Source: Glaucostegus cemiculus
Lineage: Eukaryota
DNA: 64,000 nt
NCBI GenBank assembly: GCA_976551045.1
Contig: CDPCPM010000033.1
Coordinates: 19,096,001 to 19,160,000, forward strand
Direction: 5' to 3'
Below, in pieces: positions 24,721-37,600 of this stretch. A program made the translations under genes and the position numbers. Numbering within the stretch: the stretch's first letter is position 1; each line of letters begins with the position of its first letter. Under the pieces are notes generated by a model. It ran no database searches. It was not told the origin of the DNA and was given only the letters and a program-made list of their open reading frames with translations.

Positions 24721-27700
24721 CCTGGACATTGATGTTGTTAAACTCTATGGTGGGATAAATGCAGCATTAATAGAAACTAAAGTGTGTGATCAGATGAAAA
24801 CCTTAGGAACCTGTGTCCTGAAACATACATAACTTAAGGATATTAAAACCAATCATGGTTATCGATTTTGCCTTTGACCTGTTTGATGATTGAGTCTTTT
24901 CTTCTGTTCTTTGCAAGTTCTTTGTGTGCTTTACTGTCCTTGGATCCTCTTCCAAGTTCTAATATATCACATGAAGTTGTAGAATTTCAACTTTCTTCTC
25001 TCTATTGTGGCTCTCACCCTCACTTCCCTGACTGAAGCACCCATCATGTACAAAATTCTCTATGCAAAATTCTCTATGAAAACTAAATATGATCTCCAAA
25101 TAATCCACATATTTTGGTCACCTGAATCCATTATTCAGTCTTCATTCATGATGTAGATTGATCCAAACTGCAAGTGAGGCTATCTATTGCTGATCAGTTT
25201 TTAATATGCTAAAATCCTTATAACAATGAAAATACTTTGCAAAAATCCATATAAGCTTTATCATCAATGATACTTTATTAAATAGTAATTTTATGAATTT
25301 ATGAGAGGAAAGAAAGGTCACACATTATTTTAACTAATTTTGTCCTTTATCATTTAATTGTTGTTAATAGATAACAGTGATCATAAATCTGAACTCATTA
25401 TGTATTAAAGAGCCCAAACACATATATCTACACTATGTGCAAGCATTCTTCATATTTGTTGTACATTTTCTCCAGTATCACATATCAAGCTTAAAGTCTG
25501 AATATGAATATCTTCACTCAATAATTGGCTTAAATGACTGAGTATGAAATTAGTGCTTGATAACAGATAAACTTAATTATGTTTTTCTAGAATCACAATG
25601 ATTTGCAAATGCATGTTTCAGTTAGGCATATGCATGTTGATATTAGCCCAGCAATGAAGTGCTTTGATTAATTGGGATGGTCGTCGTGTAAAGGCTGAGG
25701 ATAGCCACTGAGGGACAGTGAATGAAGAAAGGGTTCTTACAGGGTTTCTTAAAAAAAACATGGGATTAATAAAAAGGTGATTCTGGACCACTTCCAGTTT
25801 TGATGTAAAGTGGATGGATCACTGAGGAACTTCCAGCCTTTGCACTCCAATATATTTAAAGAATTAAAGTTAAAACTAAATGAAATTTTGTACCTTTCAC
25901 ACTTTTAATGTAGAAACACTGCAGTTAACACCAATATTGTGAAGTACTCAGCTACAGAACACTATGAGCTGTAACATTAATGTGACATATTTCCTTGGAC
26001 TTCCTCCTGCCCCAATTCCATAGGTTTGCCAGGCAGGTTCAACAGGTATAAAGGGTCTGTGTCAAATTTCTCCCACATGGTGAAGAATGAGCATTCTGAG
26101 GAAAATCCCTGGCCTTCATAACATGGTTGGTCAGGTTCGCAAAAAGAAGGCATCATTATTCCCTTCTTTGCAATACTTTCTGCAGATCTATGCCAGTCCA
26201 CACTTATCTATTTAGGTCTTCTTATGCACAATCCTATTAATTCAACTTAGTGAAGTCAAAAACAAGGACAAAAACATTGGAAGTGCTGTTTGTTTTGCAA
26301 TATTGCTCAGCTGTAGTCACTGACATCTACATGATAAAGGTTACTGAGCCAGTCTTTGCTGCAGTGTTGGATATCAGAAGCTATATTTTAAGGTGATCAC
26401 ATTCATTAATCTGAGCCACTGTAAGTAGAGACTTCTTTAACACAATATCAGTGCAGATACATACTAGCCTAAGGAGTCATTTGCATGGTGCATGTATTTT
26501 GCTTTTGAATGGAAGGACTTGACCAACACTTCCATGTATGCTAGCACACAATTAAATTTAAATTGCATACTTCCATCTATGTAATTTTTCAACAGATGGA
26601 AGCTGCTGGGTGTGATGAAACATTATCCAGTGGCATGCAAGTATGCTTGATGTTGCAATGCATTCCTGAAGCATGCATGCGTTTGGGCTTTGACCAGGAA
26701 TATAGGGCTTGTAACAAGATGAAGGCCCATTCAAGTATTACTTAAAATTACAGTATTTACCTGAGCTGTTATTGTGGAGTCTGCCAGGGAAGATTCTCCT
26801 CTGACGTGCCAGATGCTGGAGATAAGGCCTTCTACTTTTTGGGGGTTGATCTGGGGTCTGTCCCTAATCATACCAAACCTAGCCTTTGATGTCCACTTCT
26901 GCCACCGTGACATCCATTTGTGTGTCTAAGAGGCATTTTACCTCCTGCATTTTCCATCACTTTACTTGTCGTGGTAGTTTTGAACTGCTGCTTCAAGAGG
27001 CCCCAGTATAAAGGGAGATTTTGCAGAAAGTTACCACTTTCTTCTGAACTGCTGAAAATCCTTTCATTGTTGGCACTGGAATCATGTCTTTATGTGCACA
27101 ATTCTGTGTGGACCATCTGTGAGGACGCATCTCTTCTCTGTGGTTCCTGAAGAAGGAACAGTTGTTCCCTTTTCTTTTTGTGTTTCAATTTTTAGACCTT
27201 CTTATTTTGCACTAGATTAAGTCAATTCAGCATTTTATTATCATTAAATATTTTACCAAAAATTATATTTCACAATGTTAATTTCTTGATGTAAATCTCA
27301 GCAATTAGAAATGTATAGAATATCAGAATATTAGAAGTGTTCATATTCGGTAAGAGGCCAAATCGTCTGCTGATCTCAAGATCACTGACCATCTGCCTTT
27401 GGATTGCTCAGTCTCTTCCAACAATACTTTGGGTCTAGTCTTTAAATGGGTGTTGGCTCACTGATCAATGGTGTCATCTAGTGCGGCACAGTGTAGTACA
27501 AGACTTCTCCTAGCATGAGTGACCAGCTGTACTCACAGGTTACCCTCAACAGTCACGGAGGTCCCAACCCTAGCTCACAGGATGTCAAAGCTGTCATTTC
27601 AATTGAACACATGAGAATGTCTTTCACCTTTACTGTCATTTAAAAACATCTGAAAATAATAAACAATTTGAAAAATACAAATAAAAATTATTTTTTCTAA

Positions 27701-28197
27701 AGAATTAAATGTAGACAGAAATAAATTAAATTCATTTACACTGACCAAGTTAAATCAAATAAGTAACTTGCCATCTCTTCAGTGACCATTTCTTCACAGT
27801 GATTTCAATGAAGTTGCCGATTTAAATGAACACAGAATGAGTGGGCAAATTTCCCAGCCCCAGAACCAGCTGGCACAGTGCAGGAATAGCCAGCAGTGCA
27901 GGTGACATAGCAGAAGATGGTAGCCGAAGTTTTAGCCAGTGTGTGGCCTGAAGAAGCACTGATGTCTGAAAGAAATGCCCAGGCAGAGGATCTTCCCCAA
28001 TTTTATGTTACAGATTGCATGATTCAGTCTTCTGCTTTCTCTTGATACTTCATGATGAAAAAGAGCTTCAAATCAGTGTTAAGCCTGTAAGAGTGCTGGA
28101 TGATAGGGGTGTAGATGTAGAAATAAATCTATTTGCCTCTTCATGAAATTATTAATTAGTACTTTGAGTCTGACTGCATGCTCTACATTTTCACTAA

Positions 28198-28315
28198 TAA
28201 TCGGAATCAGAATCAGGTTTATTATCTATGTATTGTGAAATTTGTTGTTTTGCAAGACATGAAGACATAAAAATTGTTATAAATTACAAAATCAAATAAA
28301 TTGTAGCGAGAAGGT
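28198..28315 (-). mobile_element. Non-LTR 3' UTR with (AGAATC)n tail, short copy
   Basis: AATCGGAATCAGAATCAGGTTTATTATC...GTGAAATTTGTTGTTTTGC matches the copies at 13097 and 24469. Confidence 0.7.
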
Positions 28316-29034
28316 ATTAAATGTGAAGCTGATAACCCTTTCTGAGGGTATGTTTACATTTCTAACAATACATTTGTTTAAAAATTGTAACGCCAAGCTA
28401 AAGTAGTTTAAAAGAAATGGGTTAATGGCAGCATTAAATTAGTGCAGATAGAAAGTTAAGAGGAACATATTAAACATTGCACTAAAAATAATCACTGAGG
28501 AAATTAAATTCCTCAAAGTCTTTAATGTGTTTTCTGATTAGTAGCCATGGTGATGATCAAAATATTGAAGTCTCCAGGTGGCCACATATGATCAATGACT
28601 TGCCAGCTGGAAAATGCAATAGTAACACAAGGTAACGGGACCCTAGAAATTACAGAATAGAAGTGTGCCATTCAGCCCATCAGATCTGTGATAGGTACCA
28701 TCTCTCTAACTACAACTCTGTTCAAACCTCTTCTTTCTTATCTTTGTATCCTCTCATTTTTTTTCTTTTCAAGTACTTATCTGTCTCAGCTTACCATTGG
28801 TGTCAGTTATGCTGCACAATTTAAGTGCCTTTCCTTTAAAGTACCACTGCAAGGGACCTCCTGACATGTCTTATTAATGGTTCAACAAAGCAACGTAAAT
28901 TAGAATCAGCTGTGAAAGTAGCCTGGGTACCAGGCCAATTCCAACAGGGTAAACATCTCCCACTGAATTTATAGCTGTATTGAATATCAGTCACATAATA
29001 AAAAATTACACATTGAACTACATATCCATTGATA

Positions 29035-30608
29035 TGACCTGTTCACAAAAACATAGGGCAAATCCAAATAGCAGCCTATTCTCAAACAGCAGCAAAGTGA
29101 TGGAACCCATCATCAACCATGTTATCAAACAGCACTTGCTCACCAATAACATCTTTGCCCAGTTTGGGATTCACCAGGATCACAAAACTCCAGGTCTCAT
29201 CATAGCTTTTGTCCAAATGTTGGCCAAAGAGATGAATTCTGGAGGTGAGGTGAAAGTGACTGCTCTTGGCATCAGGCAGCATTTAACCAAATGTGACATG
29301 AAGGCACCCTGCTAAGACTGAGGTCAATGAACATCAGATGGAGATCAATCATCAGGATTTAACTGCAGGAGTTCCTCAGAGCAGTGTCCAAGGACCAGCT
29401 ACCATCAGCTGCTTCATCAATGATATTCCTTCCACAATGAAGACAGAAGAGGGGGTGTTTGCTGATGTTCATTCCCATTTCTGACTCTTCATTAAATGAA
29501 GCAGTCCATGTCTGTGTGCATCATGACCTAAACAACATTCAGACATGGGCTGATAAATCACAAACAGCTGAGATCTCAGTACAGATCTCTGCAGAACACC
29601 ACTACTCACAGGCCTCCAGCTCAAATAAGTCCCTTCAACCACTACCCTCTGTCTTCTGTGAGCAAGCCAGTTCTGGATCCACGCAGCCAATTCTCCACTG
29701 ACCCCATGCATCCAAATTTCCTTGATTAACCAATTATGTGGGACCTTGTCAAATGCCTTCTTGAAGTCCATACAGATGACAACCACAGCTCTGCCTTCAT
29801 CAATCTCTCTTGTCACCTTGTCAAAAAACTCAACCAGGTTAGTAAGACCCAACTTGCCCAACACAAAGCCATGCTGGATTTCCCCAATCATCTTTGACAA
29901 GGCGCAGTCCAACCACCTACTTTTGACATTCAATTGTATTCCTATTGCCAGGTCATCCATCATCAATATCTTGGGGGTCACCACTGACCAGTAACTTAAG
30001 TAGGGAGAAGAAGCTGTGACAACAAGAGCAGGTCAGAGACTGGGTATACTGCAATGAGTAACTTGCCTCCTGACACCCAAACACCAATCCACCATTTCCA
30101 AACGTAAGTCAGGAGTATGATAGAATACTCGCCACTTGCAGAACCAATAACTCTCAAAAGCTCAGTATCATTCAGGACAAAGCATGTTGCATGATTTCCA
30201 AACCATTAACCATCCTGAAAATATTCATTCCCTCCGTCACGAATACGCAGTGTTTGAAGGGTGTATCATTTGAAAGATGCACTGCAGCTACTCATCTAGG
30301 CTGTTCTGAGAGTGCCTCCCAAACTTATGATTTCCACCAACAAGAAGGACAAGGGCAATAGGACCATGGAAGTACCGCACCCTGTAGGCTTCCTTCAAGT
30401 CACACACCATCATGACTTGCAAATATATTGATGATTCTTCAACTTTATTGGGGTTTGAATTCAGGAAGTCCCTGCCCAACAGCATTGAAGGAACACCTTC
30501 ATCAGAAGAACTGCAGCAATTCAGAAAGATGGCTCACCATCCATTTCTCAAGGGCAATTAGAGATGGGCAACAAATGCCAGTGCTGCTCAGATCCTGAAA
30601 ATGAATTC
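29035..30608 (+). mobile_element. LINE-B (CR1/Jockey-group) RT through 3' tail, interrupted at 29553-29890
   Basis: ORF 28980-29315 reads SKVMEPIINHVIKQHLLTNN..AQFG..QDH..P.LI.A.VQ...KE.NS.GEV.VTAL, an RT domain. Tail AAGGGCAATTAGAGATGGGCAACAAATGC...CAGATCCTGAAAATGAAT. Confidence 0.85.
29553..29890 (-). mobile_element. Internal CR1 RT fragment without 3' tail, embedded in LINE-B
   Basis: Within ORF 29469-29984(-): QHGF..GK..LTNLVEFFDKVT.EIDEGRAV.V..MDFKKAFDKVPH...WIQNWL..RRQRVVV.G....W.PVSSGV.Q.SVL.SQLFVIY, uninterrupted. Confidence 0.9.
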
Positions 30609-30689
30609 TAAACAAATCTAAAATGTTTGAATTCAGTAATCAATCTCATAGGGTGCAATGTGCCGTGATGGAAAATGAGCTTTTATGCC

Positions 30690-30828
30690 CTCAAATCATG
30701 GTGGATTTCACTGGAGCCATATAGGAGGCCAAGACAGAGAGATCAGCATGGAAGTGGGATGGAAAATTAAAGTGACAGGTGACTGGAAGATCATGGCCAC
30801 CCTTGCGCACTGAATCAAGGTATTCTGC
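30690..30828 (-). mobile_element. Penelope-like element GIY-YIG endonuclease C-terminal fragment
   Basis: AEYLDSVRKGGHDLPVTCHFNFPSHFHADLSVL resembles the PLE EH..S.....PVA.HFN...H.....V motif. Confidence 0.75.
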
Positions 30829-30840
30829 ACTAATAACAAT

Positions 30841-30990
30841 CGGAGGCACAAGAGATTGCAGATGCTGGAATCTGGAGCAACAAACAAGATGCGTCAGTCC
30901 AGATGAATGGTCTCGACCTGAAATGTCGACTGTCCATTTCCCTTCAGAGATGCTGTTCGACCTGTTGAATTCCTCCAGCTCTTGTTTGTT
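30841..30990. mobile_element. Short inverted PLE-terminus insertion
   Basis: An inverted terminus (GGAGGCACAAGAGATTGCAGATGCTGGAATCTGGAGCAACAAACAAG) is joined to a forward pseudo-LTR piece ending CTTGTTTGTT. 12-bp TSD ACTAATAACAAT / ACTACTAACAAT (30829-30840, 30991-31002). Confidence 0.8.
30895..30932 (+). ncRNA. Minimal type-I hammerhead ribozyme relic (probably inactive)
   Basis: Stem I CAGTC/GACTG; core CAGATGA (canonical CUGAUGA with a U-to-A change); stem II GGTC-TC-GACC; GAAA; then TGTC, where ACGT appears to have decayed to ATGT before the GUC cleavage triplet. Confidence 0.65.
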
Positions 30991-33614
30991 ACTACTAACA
31001 ATTGTGTCAGCTGGACAACCTTCATCTCCACTCATCCCCTTTGTTCCTTCTACCCCTTTCTGAACTTGAAACATTTGCTTTCTCACTTTTCTAGTTCCAG
31101 TGAAGAGTCACTAACTTGATTGAAGCTTTCCTTCTGAGGTAGCCTCAGCATTTTATTTCAGATTTTCAACATCTGCAGTTCTTTATTTTTCAAATGCAGA
31201 ATAATTGGTTACCATTTTTTGAGGGGTGTATCAGTGTATTTTCCTTAATGTATAAAATGTCACAATGAGGTACCATATGAATTGGAGAGAGGTGCTTCTT
31301 ATCTCCACAAACACACTGTTTAATGCAATATTCTCACCTTTAACTGATATTCTCCCTTACATAAAGTGCTGAACTGTAAATAATGAAAATGGAAAAGAAA
31401 ACTTGTCAATTGCATTTAAATATCTCAGACATGCTTTGTTGATTCAGTCAGACCTGCTGTTTGTTTTCAAACAGGAGGCAATTCTAGTCTATAGAACACA
31501 CCACTGGTGTCAATTTTACAGTTTTCAGAAGGACCAGGGTGATTCTACTACTAATTTCACTGCTCTTAACACAAACTTTTCATTGTCAGTCATGAATTTC
31601 AATACACAATTATCTTGTACTTATATAAAGTATCCTTATGTTCACAGTCTGAAGTACGGTAGATCTTTGTAAATCAAATATTGACATCCTGTAAATCACA
31701 AGACAGTTACATAAGTGTTCTTTCCCCACTTCTGCAACATATTGTGCAGAGACATTGACTTAAATAAAGTCACATATGTTGCTAAGTTATCTATTATCAT
31801 TGTGTGCACCTGAGCGATTCCCTTGTTGTTCAGAATGCAGCAGGTCCTTATGTACAATAAAAAATCTGGACAAAGCAGCAAGAAGTATCCCTACACCATC
31901 CTACTGATGAGGTGCTGATTAGAATTTACAAGCGACAACTTTGTAAATCAATTATTTAAATAAATTAATCCCCAGAACACATGTGTTTGATTCATATACA
32001 GACCCTTTAAAGTTCAAGATTTATTTGCATTCTTTTGTTAAACGGTATAGCTTTGCTGAGGTTCTGTGACTGTAAAACAGGATATATATCAGTGTGAGTG
32101 GGGAATTTTGCCAACTGAATTTTGTGATTATGCTTTCTTCTATTCAAAATTTGGCATTTGAATGAATATTGAACCAGAAATGGTCTCTCAACACTGATAA
32201 ATAAACAAATCTTGAAAGCATCTGAAGCACGCTTCTTAAATAAACCACTACCCTGATATAAAGCATAATTGTGTGGAGCCCAACAGTGAGCAAGGATGAG
32301 GTTTGGTGAGCATGAGATGATCTATGGGTGCATTCAGCAGGATTAGTAGCACAGTCAGTGGAAGTGAAAGAGGAACTTGATATGATTTCTGAAGTGCAGG
32401 ATCCTTATCTGAAGAAATCTGTCGATCTGCATTGTATAAGGGACATGGCAGGAACTTCTGATATGAAGAGTTTCTGTTCATGCAGTTGGGTCATGGCCAC
32501 AAGAAAGAGGAGTAATGCAGCTTGGATTCACCAGTTGGTACATTTATGTGTCAGTGATCCTGGGCCACACTAGAGTAGAGCAGTTTCTATCTTGTACTTC
32601 AGCATTCAATGATCTATAAACACAAGCTGGAAATCAAGACTGATATCCAAGCAATGAGCATGGTTCTATTCAAATGAGATAACTCAGCATAAACAGATTA
32701 TTTTAAAGGGAAGATGATATGCAAGGCAGTCCTATGCTCTTTTTCTAATGTTTGACACATTTGCTTACCTTTAAGATGCTCATGAAGTCACTTTACAATG
32801 TCCTGAGCCTTACTGGTGCTACTGATAGGATTGAAGAAGGCAGGAGATGAGCTTATTCCATCAGTGTGTTGTGTGACATTGTCATTAAAAGGACTTGCAT
32901 TGGAGTTGAATGCAGGACAGCAGAGAGCAAAAGAGTAGCTGGAGTGTAACAATGCTCTCAGTAGGAGGCAGAAAGGAATGTACTGGAGATTATATGGTAT
33001 GTTTCCTTTGAGCAATATCTGAAAATGATTGAAATAACTATTTTGTTAATACTTGCATCAGAGAGAAAGATATTGATCTATTTTGCCCTCTGTCCTAAGA
33101 ACTGCACAATTATTTTGCCTTTACAGGTGCTGAGTTAGACTCAATTTTCTTTTGAATAAAATGACAAAATACAACTTATATTGAAGTGATGATTTTTATT
33201 GATCTTTACTGTGTACCATTAAGTGTAAATGCATCTCAGTATGTAAGGGCTGAAAATCTGCAGCCTCTAAGGCACAAACCCAATGAGACTGAACTGGGCG
33301 GGCTGGAGGTTAGGCAGGCATCCAGATACATTGAGTTGTGGTGTGTGGGGCCTTGAGTGAGTGGAGCTCCTACCAAACAAGACAAGCCATGAAGCAAAGC
33401 AGCAATTCTATTTTAGTGGCCTTGTAAGTCATTGGTCTAAAAAAACTACCATGATTAAAGAGAAAGGACCCCAACATGTTCTGCATGACACATATATCCT
33501 GATATGCAAGCTCTTTGTGTGTGAATTTGAATTAGTCAATGAAAGACAATGATGTTCCTTTCGGAGCCTTGCGTTTTTGCATACCTCTAATTCCTAAGAT
33601 AGAACTGCATTCTA

Positions 33615-33921
33615 GCAAGCATGGTAGTGTAGCGGTTAGCGTAACGCTTTACAGCACCAGCGACCCGGGTTCAATTCCAGCCACTGTCTGTAAGGAGTTT
33701 GTGCGTCCTCCCCATATCTGCGTAGGTTTCCTCCGGGTGCTCCGGTATCCTCCCACATTCCGAAGACATATGGGTTAGGAAGTTGTGGGCATGCTATGTT
33801 GGTGCTGGACGCACAGCAACACTTGTGGGCTGTCCCCAGAACCCTCTATGCAAAATATGCATTTCACTGTGTGTTTGGTGTGCGTGTGACTAATAAAGAT
33901 ATCTTATCTTATCTTATCTTA
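33615..33921 (+). mobile_element. V-SINE with Rex-like tail
   Basis: A box TAGTGTAGCGG, B box GGTTCAATTCC, V domain, tail TTTCACTGTGTG...GTGACTAATAAAGAT followed by (ATCTT)4. Confidence 0.9.
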
Positions 33922-34174
33922 TTAAGTGCAACGGCAAATATTAAACTGTTGTTACAAGTTAGGATTTAGTTTGGGTTGGTGGGTGGTGTGAGGTAACTTG
34001 GAAGCTCTGTGAGGTTGCGGGTATGAAGCCCTCGCATTTCTAGCACCTGGACCTCAACAGTGCCCATTTGATGCTGGCAGTTTCCAACAAACTTCCAGAG
34101 GCCTGTTTAAAGCAGGAATAGAATATTGTTTGAAGAAGAAAAAAAGTACTTCTCCCTCCAGAAGCAGGTTGAGG

Positions 34175-34640
34175 TGCTGCTCATGTTACCTATTGCTTCC
34201 CTGCTGGTTCTATTGGAAGGGATCAGAGCAAGGAGGAAGAGAGATATTTTTCTCAAAGAACAGCAGCTGTGGCTGTCCAGATGTGGCTTTTTGAGTGAGT
34301 GCCAATAGCATTATTCCCAGATTTTTGTGTTAGGGGAAAATTCTGTTCTCATAAGCACAACAAAGATGCATACCTCTATATTTTCACCCAGCTCACCATC
34401 TTCTCCCATCTCTCCAACAATTCCTTCCATTCTTCAGCAAACCATGATAGAGGCACACTGCAACATCTCCCAAGGAAAAGAGGATGCAGGTTATCAAATG
34501 CCCAGCAGGGAGGTACAAGGGACACATTCAATGCAGATTTCATCCCAATTCTGCTGAGCAGGATTGAGATGACTTCCTAAACCACCATGATGTCGGGAAA
34601 TTAGCTTGGCCAGACATCACTCACACTTGCTGAGGAGTAG
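34175..34640 (+). mobile_element. Harbinger-associated Myb/SANT-like ORF fossil
   Basis: ORF 34126-34308 contains ASLLVLLEGIRARR..IF, resembling the ASLEVLLE.V..RR.VLF start of Myb_DNA-bind_5. A T.AEE motif lies near 34624-34638. Confidence 0.45.
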
Positions 34641-37600
34641 AAATAAGCATTCAGGTTCCCATACACATGAGCACCCATGTCATCTGTCACCAGTCTCTCA
34701 AGAGTTCTAACATAGAGAGCAACAGCCTGCTACCAGCTTTGCTGAAGCCACTGTTAAGCACTTCACATGAGTGGCAGAGTTAGGAAAATGTCTTGTAAAA
34801 GAAAAGCACCACAGATTGACATTTGGATGAGGAATGAAGGGAAGGCAATTATTGTGTGAATTAAATTTATCACCTTGATCACAATTGGCACTTTGGCCTG
34901 CTGTGTGGGTTAATAGCAGTGTTTGAGTCTGCATTATCAGAACATTAGTGATGCAGATGTTGGCTTTGATGGCTTGCATGTTCCTGAATTCAGGGAATGG
35001 TGAAATTTGTAATAGAGGTTGTTAATTCTGTGGGGCTTTGTTAGATTTTAGTAGACTGGTCACGGGAATTATTAGACAATTAAATCATTCCAAGACAATA
35101 GGTTAAGAAGTGTCCCTTGTTCATCTGTTGTTTACATTCTTGCTCCTAGTTTTCCTCCCCCAAAGAAAGTAGCTGCAGCTTCTAGCCCTCTCTATGGAGG
35201 GCGAGATTGTCAATATGCATCATCTCATTCAAAGAGAGTGAAGTAAACTCCCAATTCTGTCCAGACATCCGAACCGCAGCATCATCAGCCACATGGCTTG
35301 CTTAGTAATTACTCCTCAGCGCCACAGAGATGAATTATACGATTTAATAGCAGCATCTGTGCAACTCAGGTGTAATGAAGTTGTGGAGTGTTGAGGGATG
35401 AGGGAAGGATGTAATAATTATGAACTCTCAGCAGAAAGTGGTGGACTGTGGGGTTCTACACGATGACTCACTGAATATCAGTGAGATGAAATAGATGAGG
35501 TGAATAGAGTGATGCAGGGAATATCCTACCAAAGGCCCTGCTCGGTATAAGCTCAGCTGAAGGTGGTAAGAAGGCAAACCCTGGAGGTCCAACCTGAAAA
35601 GAAAACCATATTTTTTGCTGACTAACAATTGCAAATGCTTTGATTTGCTTCTTGCAGAGCTTCCAAAACATGTTAGGAAACATGGAATTGTCCACTATCA
35701 ACTTGTGTGGCCATCTTATCCTTGGCCTTGACATTCTGCAAGTAATCAATGGTCTCTGGCATCAGCAGTGATATCTCCCTTGGATGTTCCTTCCTGAGTG
35801 TTACAGGTTCTCTTGTCAACTTTAGTTGAGGAGAACAACTAAACTAATAAGATCTGTGATGTGCTAGCTTCTCACGGATCAGTAAAGTGTGGTCTACAGA
35901 CAGGGCTTTGCAGGTCCCAGCTCCCAGATCATACACCATGAGTCCTTGACTGTGAGATCATTTCACAGATGCACCTAGGTAGGTAGGACAACATAAGATG
36001 AGCACTAGGGGCTCACACATAGAGAGAGGTGTGTTGCAAGGACTTGGTGCAGTGCTAAATAGGACTGCTACTACGGCTCTCCCTCTGTGTGTGCCTTCCT
36101 TCTATTTCTGATCCTCTTTCCCATCTTCCAGTTAGAGCAGAACTCCATCAGGATTTTGATCGATTAAACAGTACATTGTTCGAATCCTCTTTCAGATTTC
36201 AGAGTGTTTAAGATCAGTCCATGCAACCAAAACTATAATTGTCTCCCAACTTTCCAGCATCATACCTCAGAATAAGTGTGGATCTTGTGACATATGGTTG
36301 CAAATGGCCATCTCCGACCTGGGTTTACCCATATTTGAGAACAGGCTGATGAAATGGTGTAATAGTAGAAAATAATATTGGTAACAGAAGTGTGCAATTT
36401 GATAATGATTTGCATGCATTAATAAGACCTTGGTGTTTTAAATCAGGGTTCACTGAAAATTGAAATAGAAAACAACCAGCAATAAATCAATAGTTAACAT
36501 TCTGTGAGATCTTTGTTTCACCTTTGTCCCATTTTTAGACATAACTGGCAGGTAATGGAAGAAAACTCAATCAAAATATGCTCATTTGCACAGACCGCCC
36601 CTTCCAAAAGAAAAGACCCTTTATCTTTCTTTCAAGGTAGCACAGTCTTTTTCTCAAAAAGTTAATCAACTGAAAAGCTACCTCCTCTTTGACTAAGGGG
36701 TTGACAGTTTTGTGGATATAATGGCATTATTCATTAATCACTGATATCTGCAGGGTGGCTCCATGACATTCATTTCACACCTTTGCCAGACACTATAAAT
36801 TGAAATCTCCAGGCATCAGGTAGATTGCTGGTAAATCTGAAATATAACTTTCCAGCTCCTGCCTGTTACTTCAACTTCTCATGTACACCATCTTAGATAA
36901 AGAATTAAAAAGATTTGATCAGTAAAATAAGCTGACACATATAATAATTACTTACTAATAAGGTTTGCCTCTTGCAGCTCCATTCAGTAATAATAAAGAT
37001 TCCTTCCCACTTCCACTCCACTTTCTGTCAGAGGCTTCAAGCCATTCTGAAGCTTAGAAATGAGGGACTTTTGCAGTTAAGTTACAATTCTGATTCAGCT
37101 TTCACCTTGATGGTTTCCTCAGTGGGGAATGTTCTGTCTTCCCACTGATGAATTCTCTAATTTACTTCTTTCTGTCAAACAACCAGTCCCCATGTGGTTG
37201 GTATTAAAAGAATTTGTAGAAACTAGAGCTATGGAAATGCTCTTTTCAAGGAATGAATGTTTGTTTTAGCCCTTTGGCCAGTAACAATTCTCTAAAATGT
37301 TTGTATAGCATTATGTGGGAGTTATATGGTGAAGTTTATGGTTCACTGAGATTGTTTCAGGAGTAACTCATGTCTGCCATTTTTACAAATATATGGGTTG
37401 CATAAAGAGGCAAAGCAATATAATAGTAAACCACATGAGGTAAAGTTTTGAACTTTATATTTTTAATGAAAAAATGAAGAAATTTTATTTTATAACTTAT
37501 TAAAGTTTGTATTGGTAGAAAATATATGGTGTTGACATTTTTCATTGTCACTTATATAATAGGTGTGTGATAACAGAATTTGGTCTATTTTACTGAATAC

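Noticed and set aside
25051-25078. 14-bp tandem duplication CAAAATTCTCTATG x2 (and a 10-bp one near 5142-5160)
   Set aside because: Ordinary slippage-scale duplications with no further structure.
29469-29984. 171-aa RT ORF as a functional or domesticated gene
   Set aside because: Chimeric: a CR1 RT fragment flanked by antisense LINE-B sequence, ending before the catalytic (Y/F)ADD motif.
33615-33700. tRNA genes at the A/B-box sequences (also 9480-9554, 20951-21030, 39063-39130)
   Set aside because: No cloverleaf or acceptor stem; each runs directly into a V-SINE body.
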